DNA of 58,297 nt, filler included, from Sphacelaria rigidula (GCA_964200075.2; 7 parts of 7 records of this genome joined end to end with filler, not necessarily neighbours in it); one strand, 5' to 3'; shown: positions 35,011 through 48,463, numbered from the whole stretch's first letter. Notes: generated by a model not told the origin, from the sequence alone. A program made the numbers and translations.

Positions 35011-35827
35011 CCCTCATTTGCACTGCGGCATTCGCACAACCTGCTATTTATAGGGTATCTCTCAACACCGATAGTTTGCGCAGCTGCAGTACACGACTGT
35101 ACTACTATCTGTCCTGCCTGTACAATGAAAACCCAAACGTACACAGGCTACAGTAACTGCCCTGTGCGGACAAACAATGCAAACTCGCGGCAGTTCACTA
35201 CAGAGTGTATCTACCAAGCACACGCAGAATACCCCTTCACTTCATGACAAGTGGATAACACACGGAGAGTGCAAGTTTGTTTCAAACACATGTGAGGGTC
35301 GTACGTAAAGTATCTGTGTAGAACATTTATGACCGGCACACGCAAACAAGTTGTTTTCCTTGAAAAATTGCGCGCAACACACGTGGAATACATTTTCGCC
35401 CCAGGGACTGCGTCTTTATCAGCGTACGTATATCCTTTCATTTCGGAACAACTCTTGAGAATGTTCTCAATTTCATCACGTGGGCCAACAAGAACGTTTC
35501 CAAACATCGTCAGTTTGCGTGTGAATATTAGAGAAACGTTTTTGAACGGTATCATATTGTCCCTGAGGTTCTGCACATGTCGGCACGATAAGAGCAAGAT
35601 TGAATATATACGTCTCACAACAAACTGTGGGTGACCCAACTTTCTCTAAGGTCGTGTTTTAACGAAACAAGGAAAATGATCATCATTTCGTGATAGGGAT
35701 AGTGAAGTGACGGTTCACAACTTCACTATCACGAAAAATCACACACCGTTCTAATCGAGTATGCTAGGGTGTGAAACAAGTGATACAGGAACGGTAAAAC
35801 AGCACGCGAACAGACCAGCGACTTAAA

Positions 35828-37345
35828 GGAGGGCGGCGATCACGCGCAAGGAGGTATGGGTATTGTCGCAGCTTAAAACGCGGACCGCCTTCCGCACGAG
35901 AAGAAGCAACAGCAGCAGTATCAGCAGCATCGTTATTGCCAGTAGATGCATATGGCTAGGGGTGGGCCTAAATCAGCCGGTGCCGATACTGCTGCTGCTG
36001 CTGCTGCTGCCGTTCTTACTCATGAGAGAAACGGTCCGCGTTTCGATCGTGCTACAACGCCCACGCACCTTGCACGTGATAGCCACCGTGCTGGAAAGCG
36101 CTGTTCCGTACTACCCGCCGATAGGTCTATGCTTGCTCACTAGGCTAAGTGCTGGGAGATATAGCTGCGCGCATCTCTGTGTGCGAGCTGTGCACGTCGT
36201 GTGGCTGCTGCTGGTGATGGGAATGAAGCCAGCGTCCAATACAGGGGAAATCAAGTGATTTGTACCCGTACTGAAAATGCTACCTTTGTATGGGGGTAAC
36301 AACACGCCAACACATCGTAGTACACTTTGAATAATACTGTACTGTAGGAGGGGGCAATAACGCGCCAGGTCATGGGTATTGTCGCACGTCGAAACGCGGA
36401 CCGCCTCCCGCACGAGAAGCAGCAGTAGCAGTAGTAGTAGTAGCAGCAGCAGCATCTTTATTGCCAGTAAATGTGTACGGCTAGGGGTGGGCCTGAATTA
36501 GCCGGTGCCGATACTGCTGCTGCTGCTGCTGCTGCTGCCATTTTTCCTCATGCGAGAGACGGTGCGCGTTTCAATCGTGCTACAACGCCTACGCACCTTG
36601 CGCGCGATAGTCATCATGCCGGAAAGCGCCGGTCCGTACTGCCCGCTGATAAGTCAATGCTTCCTCACGAGGCTAAGTGCTACAAGATTCAGCTGTGTGC
36701 ATCTCTCTGTGCGAGCTGTACACATCGGGTGTGTCTCGCACGCGTGGCTACTGCTGGTGATGGCGTTGAAAGAATACAGCCAGCGCCCAATACAAGGGAA
36801 AACAAGTGAAATGTACTTGTACTGAAATGCTTCAGTATACTGATACAAAATAAGGGTAACAACGCGCAAAACAGATCATAATCGATTTCAAGTGGGGAGG
36901 AGGAAATAACGCGCCAGGTGGATGGGCATTGTCGCACGTCGAAACGCGGACCAACTTCCGCGCGAGAAGAAGCAGCAGCAGCAGCAGTAGCAGCAGCAGT
37001 AGCAGCAGCATCTTGATTGCCAGTAAATGTGTACGGTCGGGGGTGGCATGGAATCAGCTGGTACCGATGCTGCTGCTGCTGCTGCTGCTCTTCATCGTGG
37101 ACGGTCTGCGTTTCGACCATGCGACAACACCCACGCACCTTGCGAGTGATGGCCACTGTGCTGGACAGCGCTGGTACGTACTACCCGTCGATGGGTCCAT
37201 GCTTGCTTACTCGGCGAGGTTCTGGGAAAAGCAGCTGTGCGCATCCCTCTGGGGGAGCTGTGCACGTGGAGTGTATCTGTCTCCCACGCATGCCTACTGC
37301 TGGTGATGGGGTGAACCCAGCGTGGCTACTGCTTGTGACGGGATC
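35828..37345. repeat. Three tandem units of ~520-550 bp, each with a ~240-nt hairpin with (CAG)n/(CTG)n arms
   Basis: Units start near 35828, 36347 and 36896. Hairpins lie at 35839-36080, 36357-36609 and 36906-37150 (GAAACGCGGACC pairs with GGTCCGCGTTTC). Confidence 0.88.
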
Positions 37346-39424
37346 CCAACTGTCTGTCCCATGAAGAGCTCAACAGCCCACTCCTTCCAACCATGTCATG
37401 TTCCTCTTCGCATTCTCACGCGAATGCCCCTCCGCTCTCACGAAAATTAATTACCAAAACATTAATTTTGGTGAGAGTGTTTTTGGGGGAGATGGGACTG
37501 TGGCATCAACTCACAACCAATCGGAATCATGGAACCCCCCCCCAAAAATCCCCAACCGTCATATTCACTATCACGATCACGTCGCGTTCCCATATTTTTG
37601 GACTCGATAAAACGAGCCCTGACAACCGTTTCGCTAGATTAAGTGTTCAGTAGTTGATTCAGTTCATTTTATGATGCGTTTTAGCTTGTTCGATGTTTCA
37701 TTTTGTGTATGTGTGCTCACTCGCTAATGGTGATGCCGTATGCTCAAAGCCACACGTCGATATCCTACTCAAGAATATCAGAGGCTTCGGTTGCAAGCTA
37801 CCACAGAACGCGTGTTTCGGCACTGAGACCCCCGCCCCCCCTCCCTTTGTCGGTCTGCCTACCCTCTATTCTCCGAAGTATTCCCTCTGTTGACCACTCC
37901 CGGCCCCTCAAAACTCACTCTCCACGCCGCCGCACGGCAGAACATCACGGGACCTAAAACATTTCCACCGCCTCTTCCTGTGACCTGGAGGCAATCCTTT
38001 GCACACAAACCAGACCCCATCGGAATGTCCAACTGGTCTCTACCACACGGCACAACAACAATGAAGGCAGGCAATGATTCCTCACATATTGTTGCTGGGC
38101 AACCGTTGCGGAGACCCCGCCGGAACGCAACGAGCCGCTGCCCCGAGGAATATCGCGATAGAATGCTACAGGGGCGAACAGGATCGCTGCGTAACTGCTC
38201 TAGACGAAGAGTTTAACTTCTTTCTCGGATAAATTGTCCGACACTTTCTGACCGTTGCTACTTTGCGTGACGTGTTATACGTGAGGGCAGGTTTCTTACC
38301 TAGTTCTGTCAACATAACCATCTTGACTTCCTGCGTTTTCGGGATAATAACACAAAGTTTGTTTGGCAACGAACACGCTCGTAGGGTACCTTGTAGCACA
38401 ACGGCCCTGGGCACTGTCGAGACAGAGTAACGGGTCGCGGCCCAAACAAGTCTATCGAAGAACCTACACAGAAAGCACATGTTTTTGTGGAACGGACCTG
38501 GATCTTTCGCCACCTCTCTCTTATTATGGACGTGTTACTGTGTAATGAGTGATATCCAACGATGTGTACAGCATGTGGTATTCCCTCCTTCGACGGCTTG
38601 AGGGGGTGGTTACTTCAGACCCGCGGGACTTTCGGCTTTCAACCATAGTTCAGGCGCGTTGTTATCGGAGGGAATATTCCCTATTCAACGTGTGAGAGAT
38701 GACGATCTTCCCTTTTCCAAAGTGTCATCCTTCGGTTCTGGAAGTGGTCGTTAATCCAACACCACTGTACTGCTCTAGACCAGACGCAACAACGCAACAC
38801 GGCACGCGAACCCCGAGCTCCGGAAAAATACGTACAGACGTCCGCCACTCACGCGCAATCACTGCAGGGATTGTCGTTGCTAATCTACTCATGGCAGTGT
38901 TTGTTTGACGGAACTCCGCCCTGTATTGGATCAAAGGCGGCCGCGTGCGTCTCAAATTACAACTGAAATGTGCCGATGCTGACCATTTCTGTTCGTGTGC
39001 TGTGCGCGCGTCTCACACAAATCATCGTTTCTCACTCAATTTTCAACATATGTTGGCAAGGTGACGCACAACGTGCTCAGGTGGTGAGCAGCTACGGCTC
39101 GAGTTGAGTTTTTTGGTTTCCGAGGGCAATGAGTTCTTGAGGTTCTCCTCTGATTGTGTTGGGTCGTGTCGCCAGTCTTTGCATGTGCCCTCTGTCAACA
39201 GCCGGAGACGCTACGCGAACATACACGATTTCTTCCCGAGGAGTGTGAGATCTCTGATGTCAAAATCGAGCAAGCAAGTGAGATGCAAAGCATCCATCTG
39301 GTCGGTCGGAAAGGAACCGCAGAAGGCCTTTTGCGCACACGACGCACAGACTGCCCTGCTGCAGTACTTACGGCCGCGCCGTCTGTTTATTTTTCGAGTA
39401 GAAAACATTTCCACTACTGTATAG

Positions 39425-39930
39425 GAAAACAAGCCGAACTTATACGCGCAGTGCTGTAGTACATTTCAGCCCAGTTCTAAACAGTACGGTGTTGTCTTCT
39501 CTCTTCCCCCCGCTGCATTCCCAATATGTCTAAGGGTATAGCCAAAGATCGGATTACGCCAAACTCTTGAAAAACATCACCCCTCCCTGCTTCCAGCTCT
39601 GAAATTGAATCCTTGGAGCGCCACGGTTGGTCATCTGGGTCTTGCATTCATTAAAAAGAGAACATGACGCCCACGCAACACACATGACCCACCCTGAGGG
39701 TGACAGTTGTCTGTATAAATGAACAAAGCCGAACTGAAATGTTCAGTCCAGACAGTAGTACAACGCAGTACGTTGCTGCACATTACAGTACAGTACGGCA
39801 CAGTACAGTGTTGTCTCCTCCCTCCAGGGATTACCCGAAATATCTGGAGAGCTCTACCTCTTCCAGCAACGAGCTCTGAAATTGAACACTTCGACCGCTA
39901 GGTTGGATCATCTGGGCTTTGCGTTTATTT
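39425..39930. repeat. Diverged tandem duplication, period about 295 bp
   Basis: AAGCCGAACT..GTGTTGTCT..AGCTCTGAAATTGAA..TCATCTGGG occurs twice. Confidence 0.65.
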
Positions 39931-41009
39931 TTCAGGTGAAAGTATACCAATGCAACGTATCATCGACCCTGGGGTGAGTGACACCTGCCTGTGTATTCCC
40001 GAGAGACGAGGATGTGATCGCAGGGGACGGATGCTGTAGAGACGGTACGGCGCAAACACAAGTAACTGAGAGAAGAGCGTAGTGCAGTCACCATGGCGTT
40101 GTCCGGGCCAGTGCACGCCACGCTCTGTACATTTGGGTCCCCAGCACGTCTGGGTACACAAGCGGCAGCGATTGTTATTAACATAATCCGTGGGTGTGCA
40201 TTTCAATCCATTTATGGGGGTGCATTGCAAATGGACACGCACCGAAACAAAGTTGCGCGGACTCAGACCTCTCGTCCGAGGTCTCCATCCCAGTCCCCCC
40301 TGTGCCTATTATTCACTCGCTTTTGTTGAGGAAAATGGGTTGTTCGGGACACGCCATCTACAGGCCGACTGTTGCAACGTGGTTCCCTTTGCCGACGTGT
40401 GCATTTCGAGCCCTGTTTTCGTGCGTTGTGCGTTTCACATTGGAATGCACCCAACCGCTTTAGGCGTTTCAAAAGACGCCCCGCGGTCATCAGAATTAAC
40501 CAAAAAATGACCCTCTTCTTCAGGTTTCGAGGGTACATTTAAAGGGCACGAGGAAAAAGGCACCGCACCTGGGTGCGTGTCAACGGTGTGTGGGCGTATG
40601 TAGGGCCTGAAGAGCAAGGGCGTCGCCTGAATGCACGGCTTCCCCATCAACAGAGTAGAGTATCAACCCAAGGCTTACCCAAGTGGAGCATCCCAAGAGA
40701 AAGAGGAACAATATATACGTTGTCTATGATTCCAATGGTGTCTTCGAACAGCCCACACATTTGTGGCGGCCCAAGCATCATCTCTAACAGGAGCCTCTTC
40801 ATGTGCGTTCTATGTAGGCTGTTGGGTAGGTCTGTTTGAGTGGCGACCCGTTGTGCTGTCTCGACAGAGCCCAGGGGTGTTGTGTTATCGTTGTCGAACC
40901 CTTTGACTTGTCATTCCAAAGGTGAGAATATTTCGAAGAGTAGGAGGTAGTCAAGACGAAAAGAAGGGGCGGGGGAGGCGGAAGGCGGGAGGGGGGGGGG
41001 AGGAATGTA

Positions 41010-41556
41010 CTCAAGACCTCGCATTCCTGCGAAGCCGGGACAGAGCACGCCAAATAATCGCCGGACCAGGCTCGTGATCAATCACCAAGTGCGAAACGCC
41101 GTGGTGTGCTCCACGAGTCGCATGAAGGGTGAGCTGCATACCGCCAAGATTATTCCGCCCGAAGCGTTGTGATTATCTTGCATTTGGATAACCGCCTTCA
41201 ATGAGCGTTCCCTATTGTGGTATCGCCACTTCCAGAGACAGCCACGGCTTTTACACTGCCTCATGGATGTCTCACCATTTGAACACCACTTGGTACGATC
41301 ATCTCCTTCGCGTGGAGTTGAGGTTCTCCCACCCCGCACAAGATAATCTTGCTCGACCACCATCACGGTTACCGCGAAGAAAACGCAAGCGCGCCAAAAA
41401 CAATCGGTGGTCAAGCTCGCGCAGTGAGTGGCGTGTTTCACAGCGTAATCGCCACCTGACGCCAACCCCATAAGGAGTCCGCCTCTTGAAAGCCGGGATC
41501 GAGCACGCCGGGTTTCCGCCGGACCAGGCAATCACGGGGGGGGGGGGGGGGGGGGA
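41010..41556 (-). repeat. Inverted copy of the 34050-34560 repeat, between poly-G tracts
   Basis: The reverse complement shares long runs such as GGGGTGGGAGAACCTCAACTCC, GTGGTGTTCAAATGGTGAG and GGCTGTCTCTGGAAGTGG. Confidence 0.85.
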
Positions 41557-43295
41557 CGTCTTTTGTTGCTGCACGCAGTTGTTGGCGCATCACCACCACC
41601 TATCTTTTGAGAAGGNNNNNNNNNNNNNNNNNNNNNNNNNNNNNNNNNNNNNNNNNNNNTTAATTAATTAANNNNNNNNNNNNNNNNNNNNNNNNNNNNN
41701 NNNNNNNNNNNNNNNGGGGGGGGGGGGGGGGGGGGGGACAGTCAGGGTAAAAATCGAAGTTTTTCCGTGTATTTCTGTACTGAATGCGGGCGGACAAGTG
41801 GTTCAGGAATAATTATAAGGTGGGGAGAAAAGTCATGTTTCCACCGCATTTCCTACCCGACGGGGAAAGTCTCTGGCGTAGGTAGCCAGTCATGGCGGTC
41901 TAGACGTCGATATACGGCAGCCATTCGTGAGCTCAAGTTGAGGCCCACGAAAATGCACCTGTAGGAGCGCATCGTTGCACATTACACCTAGGATCGCCCT
42001 CGTTTCGAGGTAAACAACGTTTGCATCCCAGGCCGCGTGGAGGTGACCCTGTATGGGTTTGCTGGTGGTGGCTATGACTAGGATTGGTATTCCGACGGAG
42101 CGTTGAAAGATCGAGAACGGGGAGAGAATTTTGATCAGATACTCTTGCTGCAGTCGAAAAACCCACAGTCATCATGAGGGACGGGGGCGATAGCCGTGCT
42201 CGTGCGGTTGGTAGCAGGTGGATTTTACTTTCACCTCCGTGCCAGAGAACTAACGCAAAAGATTTTCACCAATAAAGAGCACGAATATTGTTCACATATG
42301 CCCTGAGCAGGATATGTTGACAGGAGAAGATACGTCATTTCAAAAGAGCCGACGCCGTGCGGGAGTGTTGGTCATGATTCAACCCGCGATAATATTATGC
42401 CATGCAGTTACTGTATATTGGGGGGAAATGGGGCTGCTCCTTCAAGACCGCAGATTCGTCCCGAGGAAGGGAAAATTTTGAGCGTGTGACGAAAACGTTA
42501 GCAAACCAGGGATCAGCCGACGGTTACGGCACCGTGCATGGATTGCGGGGCTTAGGAGATCACCCAAGGGCGATCAAATACTCGACGTCGACTTTCCACG
42601 AGGACCACACCCTGGACAATGACTATGTTCCATGGTCAAGAAGTGTACTACGTACAGTATATCGACTATTGGGTCTGCTGGAAAGGACAATATATTCCAT
42701 ATTGTACGCAGTACACTTGTCGACAACGTCGTCTGTTATCCGAGGTGCGATGAGAACCCAGACCTCAACCGCACTACTTCATCGAAGATCTAAAGGAGGT
42801 TTACTCCTGACAAAAACTGTACCGACTCCCGGCGGCGTGGCCGCCACACGCTACGCTTAGACTAGGATTGAGTTTCCTCCTCACTCAGGGCGATACGCTG
42901 CGTGAAGTCTCACCTGGCCACGCCATTCGAACGGCGTTGATCTCTTGGCATCCGGGCACTCCAGCAGAGACCATGCCACGATACTCTCTGTGCACCTGCG
43001 AGTTTAGCGCGAAGCCGAAATACACGTGGCAGGCTATCTTTCAACTTGCCGTAGCAGACTATTTTCATTGGGCTCATATTGTGGTTTTTTCAAACAGGGT
43101 CTATGTATCGGTGGACCGGAGGTGGTCATAGTGATTGATGAGTGTACCCTTCGGTTTAGGCATAGGAGTTGAGGAACGGCTACGGTTGCAGGATTTATGT
43201 TGAACGCGAGCGAGCACCTGCGGTGCCCTCGATTACTCTGTTCCGCTGTCTCGATCACTCTGCGGCAGACACCAACTTTGCCACAGTGTTGCATT

Positions 43296-43645
43296 GTCAT
43301 GAAAAATCAAAGATAGAGATGGATTTTCATCATAAATATCCACCTGAGATATCCATCATGGATATGGATGTCATCATGGATATGAATGTCAGTCATAGAT
43401 GCCCATCATTGTTTGGATTCGGGTGTCCATCATGGATATGGATTTGCATCATCCATATCCATCATGGATATGGATGTTCGAGGTTCATCATGAACAATGG
43501 ATGTCCATGACGGATATCCATCTTTTAGGTCAGGCTTAGGGGTAGGCTTAGGATGGTGGTTAGTCTTCGTCTCATACTTGGGGTTAGGGCTAGGGTTCAA
43601 GTTGGGGGTATATATGTGATGGGCATCTTCCAACTTGAACCCCAG
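43296..43645. repeat. Palindromic micro-array (ATATCCATCATGGATAT units) followed by degenerate TTAGGG-like repeats
   Basis: CATCATGGATATG recurs four times, and GGGGTTAGGGCTAGGGTT lies near 43580. Confidence 0.7.
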
Positions 43646-43962
43646 CGACATCTACCGTGATCTAGCACGCCTCCCACCTTTCCAGAAACAATCGGGAAAG
43701 CCTAATAGTGTAGTGATTGTTCTTGAAACCAGGAACGCCGACCCTTCGCTCAGCTTCGGTCGACAGTGTGCCAGAGACGCTACATGCAAGCCTGGTTTGT
43801 TGCCCAGGAGGTTCAGGCTCGTACTGGTCTAAATTGCGCTGTAATCTGTGCCAAGCATTGTGATGGGAGTCTCAAAACAACGGAGAAGAAAGAGGCGACT
43901 TTGGCACCCGTTTTTCCTCTTAATAGTATGATCTTCATGCGAGATACGAACATCCTTTTTAG

Positions 43963-44542
43963 TAGAGTTGTGAACTGGTTTGGCGAATCAGTTAACTGGT
44001 TGCAAAAAATTACAACCAGTTACAGTTACCAGTTTAAACTGGATAACTGGCGGCGAAGCCGGGTCGCGACTCCGCCAGCGTAGCCTGGTTCGCTGGAGGC
44101 GCCGCTGGAGGCGCCGCCGGAGGCAAGAAAATTACGCCATTTGGCTTCACATCTCTTCAAAACCGCGGTGAATTTTAGCTTCTTAGCGCCAGGAATTCGA
44201 GTACGTAATCCGTGCACAAACGTAAATATGCATGAGAAAAAAAAATGTCTCTGAACTTTGCGACGTCAATTAAAAAAATGAATCGGTGAGATAGTAGTGC
44301 ACCATACATAGCGTCTACGTAAATGCGCTGTGCGATCATGTCGTCGCCTTTGCAACAGCACCCCCGGTCATTGTAATACGACAGTTCTTCGGAAATATTG
44401 ATATTTACACAGAACGCTTTGGAGTATGACATACGTATCGGGTAAAATAACTGGTTCAACTGGTTACGGAACCGGTCAGTTACCCAGTTGTACCAGTTAA
44501 CTGTAACTGACCAGTTAAACTGGCAACCAGTTCACGACTCTA
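43963..44542. mobile_element. hAT-type MITE (580 bp) with perfect 8-bp TSD CTTTTTAG
   Basis: TIRs TAGAGTTGTGAACTGGTT / AACCAGTTCACGACTCTA. TSD at 43955-43962 and 44543-44550. Subterminal AACTGG/CCAGTT repeats are present. Confidence 0.92.
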
Positions 44543-44670
44543 CTTTTTAGCTATAGCTCAACTGGAGTACTGTGCAACGAGGTGACTGATTCTCGTGACA
44601 ATCAAAGGGCGAGGGAGGGACTGCCCATCCCTGCACCGAAACCTAAATAACTTTCGGAACACATAAACAC

Positions 44671-44710
44671 ACATACATACATACATACATACATACATAC
44701 ATACATACAT
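44671..44710. repeat. (ACAT)n microsatellite
   Basis: About ten tandem ACAT units. Confidence 0.95.
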
Positions 44711-44779
44711 GCGTGGGTATGTCCTTCGTCCGTATTGATAATTCCAACCGTTCCTGTTTTTTCTCTCCCAGCTATCATG

Positions 44780-44897
44780 TCACCTTAGGCCGGCTTGCCT
44801 CAGCTCCCTTGCAAGCAAATTCAACTTCTTTGCCGCAACCGGCCTCCTCTCCGCTATCACCGCCGCCGCCATCGCCGCCTCCGCCTTAGCTTTACGG
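44780..44897 (-). CDS. Probable terminal exon of an unidentified basic protein
   Basis: CATCAG| acceptor, encoding RKAKAEAAMAAAVIAERRPVAAKKLNLLARELRQAGLR*. The phase matches the donor at 46821. Confidence 0.45.
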
Positions 44898-46820
44898 CTG
44901 ATGCAGCGAGAAACAAGTTCGTTACTACAGCATATCAGATATAATGTGTGGTACCTAGAGCTATACTTGTATAGGGCATGTTCCTCATAGGTCCGCTATT
45001 TTTGTTATCATGAAATGTAAAGTCGAAACAGTATCCGCAAAAAATATGGTTATCAAACTGAAGTGATGCAGGCTCACCTACCTGTCCTAGGTCCCTTGAC
45101 TGTGTTCAAGTTTGATCACAGCATAAAGTGGACAGGCCTCACCTGATCTGACTAATGCGATAAAACACCAACCGGATGCAAGTCTGAGTAGTGAGCACTA
45201 TGAGATGAGTAGTAAGCACTATGGAATTCTTCGTTACATATACCGAAGCACTCATCTATCTCCGTTCATTCGAAATCTTCGTGGGTATTATTATTAATCA
45301 ACGCAAACAATCGCCACAGTAGTATGCTTTCAGTTTACGAAAGCTTGTGCTAACCTGGTTGTTGGTGTCTTGCCGGAGTAAGAGCTCACAAACCTTGTTA
45401 TGCAAATAGTTCAGAGGAATAGGTGTTTTGTTTGCTTCAGCGTTCAAAGTTCCTTGGGTGCTGTAAAGAATAAAACAACGAAGTTTTTCCGGGGCTATTT
45501 GATGAATTGGCGTGAACGATTCCAATGCAGGATGGCTTTACAAAAACGTGGTTGGGGACTCTATATTTGGAGTGCATTATCTCGGGCATCTATTTCATTT
45601 TTGAATCTTGTCCGCGTTCTATTCAAGTCTGAAATATATCGAGTGTCCGTCGGCAAGTGCTAATACCGTTTCTTGACTTAGGTGCAACAGTCATATAATT
45701 GTTCATTATGACGATCCGGATCCGTTCGGTCGAGCAAAAACTATCAAAGAGCGAGAAGCAGGGGCTGTGCACCCTTAGGACCCCCAAAGACCAGTGAGCT
45801 TGTATCTCGTCCATAAGTGGCCATAGTAGTAGAGTATATTTTTTTTCTCAAAACTTGTTGTCGGGGGCCAAAATCCCGAAGTTTGGAATGAAGCAGAAAC
45901 CGTGGTTAGTCGTGGTAACCGCAAAAAACTGGGGAAAAGAAACAATTCCGAACGAAAATTCGAATTTTAGATCTTGACTAATATATGCCTATTTTGTGAA
46001 CATGGCTCAATCCTTCGGGGATCGGTTCATATGCGACAGTCGAATGAACCCACATATAGGTAGATTTCCACGACGGGTATTGTGTTCTTATCAGAAACTC
46101 TGGAAAAACGTTCTGCATCCATTCGCGGCAGAATAGATGTCCCGCGCAAAACATATTTATGTTCTGCAAGAGACGTGTACTTTCCACTTGCCGCATGACT
46201 ACGTATGGTACGGACAAAGAAGCGACCACACCAAGGTAGAAACATGACGCTTCCAGTGTTTTAACGAAAGTCTCCGGGTCGAGAGGTGCATTGTTGCAAG
46301 ACGATTCGGAAAGACGAACAGAATACAAGAAACATTTTTTTTTTTAAATCGAAAGAAAAAAGTTCTTCTGCACGCACGCACACCACAGATGTTGAGAAAT
46401 GCGGACATCATCTATTGTTGTCACTATACTGTCTTTGTAGTTCTATCTATCTATCGACGTAAAACCCGGAGCGGTAAAAAATGGAAACACAGCGCGGATT
46501 GCGTGCCTGTCGTGTCATCCCTTCTTTGTTGTACAGGCAGACCCCTTCCGTTCAGACGATGCCCTCCCTGATGCTTCGTGAAGAGACTAGAACACCCTTC
46601 AGAGCTTCGGACATACTGTTTAAAATGGAGCGATCGCAGCTTCTTTCCGCAGGTTCCGTCGGATATCTGCTTCCGATCTTCCACTTCGCCTGACCTTTCG
46701 CGCTTCTCATATCTTCTTGAGGAATACAAACTTTTGCAGAAAACCCCATATGTTTTGTAAATATCGATGATAGCGGTACTGTACCAGTGCCGGTCCGGTT
46801 TTTCTTTCACCGTTACACAC

Positions 46821-47035
46821 CTGCTCGCAGGTACCGGACTCCCTCGGGCCTGCGCCTTCCTGGCTTTGTTTTTTTTCCCAACCCCCGCGCCGCCGGCCAC
46901 CTTCTTCAGAAGGGTCTTGCCCATCCCAGAACCCGATCGCCTCAGCGTCCCGCTTGGTCCATCCTTCTGACTCTCCTCATGTTTTATTTCACGGTCATGT
47001 TGAAGAAACGGAATGCGGTCAAAATAGAACCGGAA
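46821..47035 (-). CDS. Probable penultimate exon of the same unidentified gene (5' boundary uncertain)
   Basis: Lys/Gly-rich open frame (GMGKTLLKKVAGGAGVGKKNKARKAQARGSP) ending at CAG|GTGTGT, phase 2. Confidence 0.4.
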
Positions 47036-48160
47036 CTAGGTTGAAACAGGGGCAGGGGCGGGGGGGAGCGGTTCCACGAAACGACACGAGACCAGAACCA
47101 GGAGGGGGGAAATAGAGGGAAGCGGGACAAAGTTAGCGGCACACGGAATGAGGCGGGTGCAAGAAGTGAAGAATCTTTCCGCTAGGATAAACGATTGGTG
47201 GTAGGATAGGCTTTCATTCTTCTGTGCATATACGAGGAATATTGTTTGCGTCCTCACTGACGCAGACTCACCATGTTGTTGTTCCTAGTGTCAGTGTAAG
47301 CAATGGTGTCATTTTGTCGTTGCTGTGGCTGTGCTTGTGCTTGTCATTGTTACTGTTATCATTTTCACTATTGATACTGCCGCGATCACTATACTGCTCG
47401 CCTCCTTGTGTACTAGTACATTTACAGCTACAGCTGCAACTGCAACTGCCACTGCAACAACTACTGCTACTTCATGAATCAGCCCGAGTTCTCGGACCTG
47501 TGGTCGCACAGTACATTGAGATGCGCCTACCGCGCCACAATATCCTAACAAAAGATACGCATAGAAAAACAGTTTTCATAGGAGACGGACGGCATCACTA
47601 CCACATCTCACGTAGTAATAGTAGTAGCAGGAGGAAGAGGAGGAGGAGGAGGAGGAGGGGGAGGAGGAAGAGCAGTAGCAGCAGCAGTACTAGTAGTACC
47701 AGTATTAGTAGGGGAAAACAAATGGAGGTATGATTACTTTGGAACGCACCTGACAAAGACACAAATGCGACAACCTCGCTTTCCCCGCACCTGAAAATGC
47801 ATTACTCCGAATCACCTTATAGGTTGGTTGGAAAATCACATTTTTCAAAGGAAATGTAACACCCACATATCACTCAGAGACTAAATAAACCACACAGACA
47901 AGGAAAGGTAATTTTGCGTTGCATCGGAGCAGGATGTTCGGCGGTGGTAACGCGTCCGCGAGCAACCCGCACCGTCTGGTGCGGCCGTTGCTCCCAGAGA
48001 ACACTTCTTGGCGGCTCGTCCCCACCTTCGGCCGCACGGGTGCTACTTTTCTCATCATCGACGTCAAAAGCGCCCGCACATGGTTGATCAGCGATTGATG
48101 TGACTGTCTCACACTAGCCGATCCGCCACGTATTCAGGTGTGATCACAAGAGTATACATA

Positions 48161-48463
48161 TTTCTTTTTTGTCGCACTTCGAACCCCTCCCCTTCCTCGG
48201 GATGAGTCCGTGGTCTCAAGGGATCAACCCATCTCTTCTCCGGTACACGTCTTGCATTTTGGTATCGCGCATTGGGTCAGCACTACTCCCACACCGCGTC
48301 AACTCACGTTAAACAAACCCAGTCGACTACTTTGTTTATTCACGTTCTCACGCTTTTCACGGTGGAACTCAGATTTACGAAGGAAAACCCCACGCATCGG
48401 GAATCGAACCCTTGTTCTCTCCACCCTAATGGTGATAATCAGACCACGACACCACCGGGGCAC
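48161..48463 (-). mobile_element. tRNA-derived SINE family 1
   Basis: GCCCCGGTGGTG head, B-box GGTTCGATTCC, and 3' end GGTTCGAAGTGCGACAAAAAAGAAA. Confidence 0.88.

Noticed and set aside
35863..37364. Three paralogous poly-Leu/Ala/Ser ORFs
   Set aside because: Frames are not conserved between units, and the peptides are dominated by triplet repeats.
41940..43300. Possible decayed coding or viral-insert sequence
   Set aside because: Frames are interrupted and there is no hallmark motif. Needs BLASTX.
47224..47733. 169-aa ORF with hydrophobic and Arg-rich tracts
   Set aside because: It is composed of low-complexity triplet and hexamer repeats, and is probably intronic.
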